A DNA stretch of 20,000 nucleotides from an uncultured virus (IMG/VR IMGVR_UViG_3300045131_000274) (taxonomy: Duplodnaviria; Heunggongvirae; Uroviricota; Caudoviricetes). Numbering within the stretch: position 1 is the first letter of the stretch; the number at the start of each line of letters is the position of its first letter. The notes under the pieces were generated by a model, which saw only the letters and a list, made by a program, of their open reading frames with translations, did no database searches and was not told where the DNA came from. The position numbers and the translations under genes are program-made. The DNA is taken from the IMG/VR virus record IMGVR_UViG_3300045131_000274; one strand, 5' to 3'. Shown in pieces: positions 5,547 to 13,700 of this stretch.

Positions 5547-6411
5547 CAACTACAACCTGCCCGAGACAATCGTCAACGTTTTAAAGCGCCCGACGTACAG
5601 CAAAGGCAAGGCAAACATATCGGCCACCGAACTACTCAACAGCCCCCGCGTTGTGCAGCTCAAACGCAAACACTGGGACGACATAGAAGAGGACGCGGCC
5701 GACATGGTTTGGTCCCTGTTTGGGACTGCTGTGCACGGCGTACTGGAACACGGCAAAGACGACCACCACATTGTAGAAGAGCGCATTCATACCGAGGTGG
5801 ACGGCTGGAAGATATCCGGCGCCATCGACCTGCAAGAGTTGACCGATGCCGGCACCATTCTGTCTGACTACAAAGTCACCAGCGCATGGGCTGTAATGAA
5901 TGAGAAACAAGATTGGCATTCACAGTTAAACCTGTACGCCTACCTGGTTGAAAGCGTCAAGAAAAAGCCGGTATGCAAGGCGCAGATCGTCGCTATCGTC
6001 CGGGACTGGTCGCGCCGGGACGCTAAGACCCGCGAGGGTTACCCGCAAGCACCGATTGTGGTAATTGACATACCCCTATGGTCATTTGAAGAAAGAGAAG
6101 CGTACGTAAAAGCGCGCGTCGCTTTGCACGAAGCAGCTTTCTTTGATGCAGAAACAGGCGGGAGCATTTCCGAATGCACCCCCGAAGAGATGTGGGAAAA
6201 ACCCACTATGTATGCCGTTAAAAAAGACGGCGCAGCCAGGGCCAAGAGCGTTCACAAGACGCTTGAAGAAGCTCAGGCAGCCCTAGAAGTCGCAAAGACC
6301 AAGGGCTACGGCATCGAGGTGCGTGAAGGCGACCGCACCCGCTGCTCAGGATTCTGTCAAATCGCCCAGTACTGTGATCAATACCAAACCTACCTCAAGG
6401 AGAAACCATGA
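5533..6411 (+). CDS. PD-(D/E)XK nuclease, Cas4/AddB-like phage exonuclease
   Basis: GTAVH, VEER, ISGAIDL, SDYKVT and QLNLY motifs; C-terminal RCSGFCQIAQYC; GGAGG RBS before ATG 5533; lies upstream of ERF and SSB. Confidence 0.88.
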   Translation: MKLTNNYNLPETIVNVLKRPTYSKGKANISATELLNSPRVVQLKRKHWDDIEEDAADMVWSLFGTAVHGVLEHGKDDHHIVEERIHTEVDGWKISGAIDLQELTDAGTILSDYKVTSAWAVMNEKQDWHSQLNLYAYLVESVKKKPVCKAQIVAIVRDWSRRDAKTREGYPQAPIVVIDIPLWSFEEREAYVKARVALHEAAFFDAETGGSISECTPEEMWEKPTMYAVKKDGAARAKSVHKTLEEAQAALEVAKTKGYGIEVREGDRTRCSGFCQIAQYCDQYQTYLKEKP

Positions 6412-6911
6412 ATGATGTTCATAAAGCATCGCTAGAACGAGCCATTAAAACTCTTACAGCTTTAGACTGTACCTTCGCCATTGTCGATTCAGCAAAAGAA
6501 TTGCACGGCAGCCCCCTGACCGTGTTAGATGAGCTGGGTTCTACCTATGCCGTCATTGACTTAGCCGGTGTACGCCACGGCCTGGTTAGCGCCGTCCTAG
6601 AAAAGATGGAATGCCAATACGTCATCACCACTAAAGATGGGATGAAGTACAGCAACACCATTGAAAAAACCCCGGAGCCGCCAGTTAGAGTGGCCCGAGA
6701 ATTCCCTCACGGTGACACGCGCGCATATGTCAAGTCGTTTGTTGGCTCCCTGCAGGTTGGTGATACAGTCTCCATCCCCGCAGACAAATATGGAGTGAGC
6801 AACATTCAAAACTCAGTAACTTCATGGTTTGTCAGCACGTACGGGAAAAATTCCTGTACTACTTTTCAAAACAAATCAACCAACGCCGTTGATGTATTGA
6901 GGATCGGATGA
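6408..6911 (+). CDS. hypothetical protein with three internal 24-aa repeats
   Basis: AAGGAG RBS, ATGA overlap; repeats visible in the translation. Confidence 0.8.
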   Translation: MNDVHKASLERAIKTLTALDCTFAIVDSAKELHGSPLTVLDELGSTYAVIDLAGVRHGLVSAVLEKMECQYVITTKDGMKYSNTIEKTPEPPVRVAREFPHGDTRAYVKSFVGSLQVGDTVSIPADKYGVSNIQNSVTSWFVSTYGKNSCTTFQNKSTNAVDVLRIG

Positions 6912-7093
6912 TGCTGCAACAACTTAAACACCAAATCAAAGAATTTTTTATGGAAGAGCCGCGGTTCTCTATTGAAGAAGAACTCAACGCCCTGCGCCGA
7001 CGCAACGAAGCCAGAGCTAAAGCGGCCATCGCAGAATTGGGCGAAAAGTGGATAGCCCACCCCAGTCACGCAGCACAAAGGATTAAACAATGA
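6908..7093 (+). CDS. hypothetical protein
   Basis: ATGA-coupled; AKAAIAELGEKWIAHP. Confidence 0.72.
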   Translation: MMLQQLKHQIKEFFMEEPRFSIEEELNALRRRNEARAKAAIAELGEKWIAHPSHAAQRIKQ

Positions 7094-7326
7094 AACGCAA
7101 CACGCAAGAAGCCGCGCCATGCTCGGCGCAAACGGCCTACAAACTTAAAGGTGTGACCTACGTCCCCCACTACCGCAACAACAGCGTGTATGTTGGACCT
7201 GGATACCCTACGCACAACAGGTCGCGGTATAGCGCAGACGAGCTGGTGCTTGCGGGCGCAGCCATGGTCACCGAGCTGCTGTGGGTGCGGGCCAATCACG
7301 GCATCTGTAACGAAATCAACCCATAA
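7090..7326 (+). CDS. hypothetical protein
   Basis: ATGA-coupled; YVPHYRN...YVGPGY. Confidence 0.72.
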   Translation: MKRNTQEAAPCSAQTAYKLKGVTYVPHYRNNSVYVGPGYPTHNRSRYSADELVLAGAAMVTELLWVRANHGICNEINP

Positions 7327-7334
7327 GGAAAATA

Positions 7335-8030
7335 ATGTCTGTTCACAAAAAACTAATGCAAGCTCGGGTAAAGCTGCAAGCTACAGAGATGAAGAAGTCA
7401 GGACTAAACAAGTTTGCGGGCTACAGTTATTTTGAGTTGGGTGACTTCATCCCCCACATCCAAACAATCTTTAATGATATTGGTCTGTGCGGCGTAGTGT
7501 CGTTTGATGCTACACATGCTACCTTGTGTATCACCGACACAGAAGACGGCTCACAGATCGTTGTGACCTCTCCTATGGCCGAAGCTAACCTGAAGGGCGC
7601 ACACCCCATCCAAAACCTGGGCGCCGTTTTGAGTTACCAGCGTCGCTACCTTTGGATGGCAGCTTTAGAAATTGTGGAACATGACATCATTGATGCCAGC
7701 CCCAACAACGAAGCTTCAGCCAAACCAGTAGTGCGAGCAGCGCCAAAGGCGGAAGAAAAGAAAGCGCCCGCCAAGATGGAAGGTGCCGACGCCCCCTGGT
7801 CGCTCAAGGTCACAGCCAAACCGGGCACTGATGTTGGCGAGTGGTGCTCATTGGTGATCGACATGGCGCGCATGGGCCTGACCCAGTGCGGCAGCGAAGC
7901 AGATGTCATGTCTATCTTCAAAGTTAACCGCGCAATCTTTGACCACCTCAAGGTGTCCGACGCAGACCGCTATGACGAACTCATGGCGGAATTTAAAAAA
8001 GCAAGAGCTAATCACAAGGAAGCAGCATGA
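7335..8030 (+). CDS. erf: ERF-family single-strand annealing recombinase
   Basis: KSGLNKFAGYSYFELGDF and QNLGAVLSYQRRYL (GxxxSYxRRY ERF signature). Confidence 0.9.
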   Translation: MSVHKKLMQARVKLQATEMKKSGLNKFAGYSYFELGDFIPHIQTIFNDIGLCGVVSFDATHATLCITDTEDGSQIVVTSPMAEANLKGAHPIQNLGAVLSYQRRYLWMAALEIVEHDIIDASPNNEASAKPVVRAAPKAEEKKAPAKMEGADAPWSLKVTAKPGTDVGEWCSLVIDMARMGLTQCGSEADVMSIFKVNRAIFDHLKVSDADRYDELMAEFKKARANHKEAA

Positions 8031-8404
8031 ACTCAATCACAGTGGCCGGAACCATCGGCAAAGACGCAGAAGTTAAAAGAATGGCCAACGGCGATGCCTT
8101 GTGCAATTTCTCCGTAGCAGACGGCCAGGGCAAAGACAAGCCAACCATTTGGTGGAACTGCAGTCTGTACGGCAAGCGCGCAGAAGCCCTGTCCCAGTAC
8201 CTCATCAAAGGTCAGGCGGTCACCGTGTCCGGCACAGTGTCCGAGCGCGAATGGACTGACAAAGAAGGCAGCAAGCGCAAGTCTATGGATGTTCGTGTGG
8301 GTGATGTAGCCCTGCAAGGCGGCCGCCGCGATGCAGAGCCGCAGCAAGAGCGCCGCGCAGCACCCAAGATGGACACGGCCGAAGACCAAGACATTCCCTT
8401 CTGA
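8027..8404 (+). CDS. ssb: single-stranded DNA-binding protein
   Basis: MNSITVAGTIGKDAEV...YLIKGQAVTVSG...REWTDKEG OB fold with acidic DQDIPF tail. Confidence 0.95.
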   Translation: MNSITVAGTIGKDAEVKRMANGDALCNFSVADGQGKDKPTIWWNCSLYGKRAEALSQYLIKGQAVTVSGTVSEREWTDKEGSKRKSMDVRVGDVALQGGRRDAEPQQERRAAPKMDTAEDQDIPF

Positions 8405-8406
8405 CC

Positions 8407-8826
8407 ATGAAGACCAACAACTTTGAAGCCGTCAAGATTGCGATGACGCAGAATCGTACCGGCTACGTGTTGACCTTGTCCGTCCACCCCGACGACGTGC
8501 CCGAAGACATCCTTCGTGACTTTGTTGGGGCACGGTACCAGGTTGTCATGGTCCGGCTAAACGCGCAAGAAGAACCAATGAACCGTGAGCATGAGTACTC
8601 ACGCGACCTGGTTCGCAGCGCCGGGATGCTGTGCCGTGACCCACTCTTTCAGAAGTTTCTGTGCCAAGCGGGCCAGACCTTTGGTGAAAGCGAAGAAGAA
8701 GCCCGGCAATGGATGCTGGCTGAATTCCAAATCGCCTCACGCGCAGAACTTAAAAATAACCCAGAAGCGGCCAGACAATACATGGCCGTGCAACAGGAAT
8801 ACCTAGCATGGAAACAAAGCGCCTAA
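8407..8826 (+). CDS. hypothetical phage protein
   Basis: In-operon ORF; AGMLCRDPLFQKFL...SRAEL. Confidence 0.8.
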   Translation: MKTNNFEAVKIAMTQNRTGYVLTLSVHPDDVPEDILRDFVGARYQVVMVRLNAQEEPMNREHEYSRDLVRSAGMLCRDPLFQKFLCQAGQTFGESEEEARQWMLAEFQIASRAELKNNPEAARQYMAVQQEYLAWKQSA

Positions 8827-9113
8827 TCCCTTATTCGGTCCACCTGCGGGAGGACATTTACCATCAGCTAAAAGACGCCGCAAGGGGCCGTAAAGCCAGC
8901 GGAATCGTGCGTGACGCCATCACCATGATCATCGAGGGCGACGACGCCTTTAACGCGGGGTTTAACAAAGGCCTACGCGAAGCCATGAAGGTAGTGCGTG
9001 ATGACGTTTGGGCCAAGAGCCTGTCTGTTCACGGCGAACTGATGTCAGAAGTATTGGCTGACCAGATCGCAGAAAAGATTGGGGGCGAAAATGGCAACAA
9101 GAAAAAAGGCTGA
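8808..9113 (+). CDS. putative ribbon-helix-helix DNA-binding protein
   Basis: IPYSVHL (beta) - REDIYHQLKDAA (helix) - KASGIVRDAI (helix), a CopG/Arc-like pattern. Confidence 0.6.
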   Translation: METKRLIPYSVHLREDIYHQLKDAARGRKASGIVRDAITMIIEGDDAFNAGFNKGLREAMKVVRDDVWAKSLSVHGELMSEVLADQIAEKIGGENGNKKKG

Positions 9114-9297
9114 AGGCATAGCAGCCCTGGCGCCCAAGCCGCACAACCCATCTATCCAGGACATTACGATGCTTGACTGGTATGCGATGGCTCTCACGAT
9201 TGCTTGGATTTGCACCGACGAAGATCACGGCGCGGAAGCCGAAAAGATCTTTGACATGGCAGAAGCCTTGATGGCCGAGCGGGAGAAACGAATATGA
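9091..9297 (+). CDS. small phage protein, divergent LRDYFA-family paralogue
   Basis: ITMLDWYAMAL...IFDMAEALMAER resembles 3708..3938; ATG 9091 follows GGGGG. Confidence 0.72.
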   Translation: MATRKKAEGIAALAPKPHNPSIQDITMLDWYAMALTIAWICTDEDHGAEAEKIFDMAEALMAEREKRI

Positions 9298-9569
9298 TCC
9301 AAGGCCTTGAACACGTAGGCACTGACCACAAGTGCAATGTATGCCAGTGTGACTTCACGGATGATGAAGGCGGCATTCAGGGCTACTTCGGTATTCTGCC
9401 GGTAGCGTTCTGCCCAACTTGTTACGCAAGCATGTGCGACATGGTAGGCCAGCTGGATGACCGCGAATGGGAAGGGCTGACGAATGAGGAGATCGACCAG
9501 CTGGGCCTAAGTAACTACCGGCAAGTTGTGCGTGAAACCGAATCCAAGCTCAGGGAGAAAAACACTTGA
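9294..9569 (+). CDS. Zn-finger protein with C-terminal WEGLTNEE...REKNT module
   Basis: CNVC...CPTC followed by the module shared with 3412..3711; GGAG RBS, ATGA overlap. Confidence 0.78.
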   Translation: MIQGLEHVGTDHKCNVCQCDFTDDEGGIQGYFGILPVAFCPTCYASMCDMVGQLDDREWEGLTNEEIDQLGLSNYRQVVRETESKLREKNT

Positions 9570-9841
9570 ACAACAAGCTAACCGCTAAGCACAGGCGCCA
9601 CTTGGCTTTGGTAAAAGCATTACCATGTAGCGTATGTGATGCACCAGGCCCCAGCGCTGCGCATCATGTAAAGCAGAACCAGCAGTACACCGCTGTCGCC
9701 CTATGCGCCGAATGCCACCAGGGCCCGGTCATGGGATGGCACGGTCAAAGGCGCATATGGGCCATCAAAAAGATGGACGAGCTGGATGCTTTAAATATCA
9801 CCATAGAAAGATTGCTGGATGAATCCATACAAAATAGATGA
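9566..9841 (+). CDS. DUF968/Ref-like His-Me finger putative nuclease
   Basis: LPCSVC...AAHHV...VALCAECHQG...WHG; TTG start overlapping the upstream TGA, GGGAG RBS. Confidence 0.75.
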   Translation: MNNKLTAKHRRHLALVKALPCSVCDAPGPSAAHHVKQNQQYTAVALCAECHQGPVMGWHGQRRIWAIKKMDELDALNITIERLLDESIQNR

Positions 9842-10655
9842 GCCTACCGTTATTAGTTTCTCCGGTGGCAGGACGTCAGCCTATATGTTGTGGAGGGTAT
9901 TGCAGGAAAACGGCGGCCTCCCATCAGAGGCCAAAGTTTGTTTTGCCAACACTGGCAAGGAGGAGGAAGCTACGCTACAGTTTGTCAATGACTGCTCGGT
10001 GAACTGGAGCGTACCCGTGACCTGGGTTGAGTATGTTTCCCACGAAGAAGCCGACCGTAGATTTAAAAAGGTAACCTACGAAACGGCCAGCCGTAACGGT
10101 GAGCCATTTGAAGAGGTCATTAGGCACTACGGCAAACTACCCAACCCAATAAACAAATCTTGCACTGCCGAACTAAAGATTCGGGCGGTGGCCAGGTACC
10201 TTAAGTCTATTGGATGGGAAGAGTGGACTGCAATGGTAGGGATCAGGGCGGATGAGCAAAGACGAGCCGCCAAATTAAGAGCCGATAGGAAGGCCGAAAC
10301 GCCCATTGCACCCTTGGCTATGGATGATGTGGATATCGCGCAGATAGAGGCGTTCTGGGCGACCCAGCCATTCAAATTAGAACTCACCACATTCAACGGC
10401 AAAACTTTGGCGGGTAACTGCGACCTTTGCTACCTAAAGCCAGCCGGGCAAATCCTATCTTTGATCCAAGAAAAACCTATGCGGGCGGTTTGGTGGGCAA
10501 AGATGGAAATGTTGGCAGCCACCATTACTGACGGCAACGCAAACAAGTTCAGGATCGATAGACCAAGCTACTCAGAAATGCTGAACTATTCCCAAAAACA
10601 AACCGACTTGTTTGACCCGGACGACGAAGGCATCGCTTGTTTTTGTGGTGATTAG
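9819..10655 (+). CDS. PAPS reductase (PP-loop) family protein
   Basis: ISFSGGRTS PP-loop, FANTGKE, CTAELK, VGIRADE, GNCDLC and terminal CFCGD. Confidence 0.88.
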   Translation: MNPYKIDEPTVISFSGGRTSAYMLWRVLQENGGLPSEAKVCFANTGKEEEATLQFVNDCSVNWSVPVTWVEYVSHEEADRRFKKVTYETASRNGEPFEEVIRHYGKLPNPINKSCTAELKIRAVARYLKSIGWEEWTAMVGIRADEQRRAAKLRADRKAETPIAPLAMDDVDIAQIEAFWATQPFKLELTTFNGKTLAGNCDLCYLKPAGQILSLIQEKPMRAVWWAKMEMLAATITDGNANKFRIDRPSYSEMLNYSQKQTDLFDPDDEGIACFCGD

Positions 10656-10670
10656 TACTACAAAATGCAC

Positions 10671-10696
10671 CGAGAACCGAAACGTTTTGGTTCTCG
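10671..10696. terminator. near-perfect palindrome between convergent genes (probable bidirectional terminator)
   Basis: CGAGAACCGAAAC|GTTTTGGTTCTCG, 12 of 13 positions complementary; no immediately adjacent U tract. Confidence 0.55.
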
Positions 10697-10710
10697 ATAC
10701 ACTTTAGTTC

Positions 10711-13700
10711 TCATTTAAGAGATTTGCGTAGTGACTCAGCTTGCTCGGCGTACATGCCAATCAACTCTTTCAAGCGGTCAATTTCTTCGCGTTTGTCTGA
10801 GCCGGACAGTCCTTCGTTGGCGTTGACTTCGCGGATCTGTTTACGTATCGCAGCCATCTTCTTGGCTGTCTGATCGTAAATTTTAGCCAAAGCAATCTTG
10901 TCGCCCTTCTCTTCCATGATCTGCATAACTTTATCCGTTTGATTGGATTCAGCATAGTGGCGCATGTCGGCAAAGGCTTGGCTAATCTGACGGTTGTTCT
11001 CATAGAACGCAGTGGCATAGCGCGACTGGTTAGATGGCAATGACTTAACCAACCCCAGACTAGCGCGGTCCAGCCACTTGGCATCAGGATAATCACCATC
11101 ATTAAACGGCATAACGGCGTAATGACTTGTAACCGCAGCCGTGCTACCCAGCCAACCAAAGTAGGCCTTGATTGCATAGTCCACCTGGACGGGCGACAGC
11201 TCGCCCTTCTCACCCAGGATTGCGGTCATACCGCCCAAAGCTATGGCCAGCGGGCTAGTTGTATCAGCTGCGCGCTCCTGCTTAGACAGGCGCTCCATGC
11301 CGGCGCTCTCAATAGGTGAGCCGGTAAAGCTATCTTTGTTGGCGTACAAATCCAGCACCGGTTTAAATATCTGCGGCACAGGATTCAAAGCAAACGTATC
11401 ACCCAGCATGCGCTTGATACTGTCGCCAAACTGTTTGCCTTCTGCTTCCTGGTCAACGATCTGCTCCAGGACGCGCTCGGCCATGGTTCCAAATGCGCCA
11501 ATTTCAAACGGCTTGGGTACACGGAATGCGAAGTCCATACCGGGCAACTTAAACCACCAGAAGTTATCGCGGTCCCATTCGTCTCTCTTCTTGTAGTCTT
11601 CGTCGTCTTTGAACATCATGTACAAAGCCATGGACGCACCGGCCACAGCTAGTGTGGTGTAGCCAAACGCTTCAGCTTTCTGCTTGTCCGTCTGCTCAAT
11701 GGGTTTGCCGGTCACGGTGTTGTACAAAACGCGCGCCGTAGGAGTTACACCATCACGGCCCAGCTTATACAAGCCTTGGACGCGGGCATTCATAAACGGC
11801 ACCACTTGGGTCACCAATCTAAACGCCGGCCACGAACCCTGCATTGAGAAGTCCAACAGATCCCTGGCAGCAAACGCCGCCTGGAGGTGCGTTAACTTAC
11901 GCTCGCGCATCTGGTTGTACAAAGCCATACGGTTAGCAGCTTCAGATTTGTTGCCCCATTCCTGGTACTTATCCCAAGCGACGTTCAGGCCGGCTTTAAT
12001 CTTTTCTTGGGTGTCCAAGATATGCTCACCCTTGACGCCCTGAGCCAGCAAACGCTTGATCAACCTGGACTGGTCGCCTTCATAAGCCGAGCCAAAGTTA
12101 AAGATTGCACCACCGGCCAGAGCAGAGATGTGCGCAGGATTGTTTTTATCCGTGGCGGCCCAGCCCTCAATCACGTTGGCAAATGGATTGCGCTTTAGGT
12201 CGCTAACAGCCAGCGCCTGGATTGAATCGCGAATCAAGTTGTTTACTTTGAAGCCGGGGGCAATCGTCACGCCGTATTGCAGTAGGTTCTTGAAGTCACG
12301 AGCAACATCCAGGAACTTTGACTTGGGGCCCAAGTAACCAATAGATGTAATGGAATCTAGCAGCATCGGATCCAGCACTTCAAAGTAAGCGGGCTGGCCG
12401 TTGATCATTGTCTTGACCATGCCTTTGCCGGCTTCCATATATTCTGGACGCAACGAACCATCCCCCACTACTTCCCCTGATTTAGTGGATACCACCTGAC
12501 CGTCTTCCCAAGCCAGGCCAACTTTTAGGTTTGGAATAGCAGCGCCAGCTTCCATTGCGGCATTGAGCGTTGCGTTGGACGCCTGGTTCTTCATCGACGC
12601 TGACAGGATATGACTCCAGTTGCGCAAAGTGTTTTCCATCAGGTCGCCAAATGGTTTATCGCTCTGGCCCTTCAGCTCAGCACTAAACTTCTGGCTAGTT
12701 AAACCGGAAGCCGTGGCCGCGTCTTGCAGGTCACCACTTTCCATTTGTTTATAAAAAGGAATGTAGAACAGATCCTGGGAGAAACGCTCATAAGCCGCCT
12801 TGTCCATTAGGCCGGCGTTGTACGCAACATCCAGCACAGATTTATTCAAGGCGTTCATGTCCTGCTGAACCTCTTGATACACCTCTAAGCGGGGTCTACC
12901 ATTGATTTCACCTTGCACCAATTGATCACGGTCAGCAAGCAGCGGGGCTAGATTGGGAGAACGCTTTTCAATAGGCAGGCGCGACTCACGACCCAGGGCA
13001 ATCCACATCATGTAGCGGTCTGTCTCAGCACCGACGGGCTTCATAGCTTCAAACAAACCTTTGGTCTTGCCTTTGATATCCAGGGCGCCACCGTTGTTGT
13101 AAACATGGCCGTGCATCAGCAAACCTTCTAGCGCACCGTCCACAGTCTTTGACAGGCGGGCCATCATGTAAGCCTCTTCGCTGTAGTCTTTGATGGTGCG
13201 GTACTGGTCAGCAATACCTTGGGCGGCACGGCGCCAGAAGCCATCCCTCATGCCGGCAATGCGGTCAATGATGGTCTTGGTCTGGGGGTTAAAGACTTCG
13301 CCTAGCTTTTTAACATAATCCGCATCCATGTCGGACAGGGCTTCGCGGTTAATAGGCTCACGCTTTTGTAGCTTCTGCTGGGCTGCAGCTTTGACGGATG
13401 CTGCAACCTTGGCGGCCGTGTCACCCGCTTCTTTCAGCATGAACATTTCCATCTGCGCATCTTGCGAGATGATTGGCGGAATCGTCATGTCCTGGGCTTT
13501 TTGAGCGGCTTCATTAGCAGCTTCCAAATACTTCTTGAACGTTTCGTTAGGCAGGTAGCCAGCATTCTTTACCTTGGCATAGAACGCACGAAGCGAATCA
13601 GCCAAGCGTTTAAAGAACTGCTCAACCACACCCACAGGCTTGTCGGACGTTAAAGCCCAACGTGAAACCTGGTCGGCATACCATTCTTTAAAGTTAAACC

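Noticed and set aside
5533..6411. Cas4-like gene as evidence of a CRISPR-Cas system
   Set aside because: No other cas genes or array; the ERF/SSB context indicates a phage recombination exonuclease.
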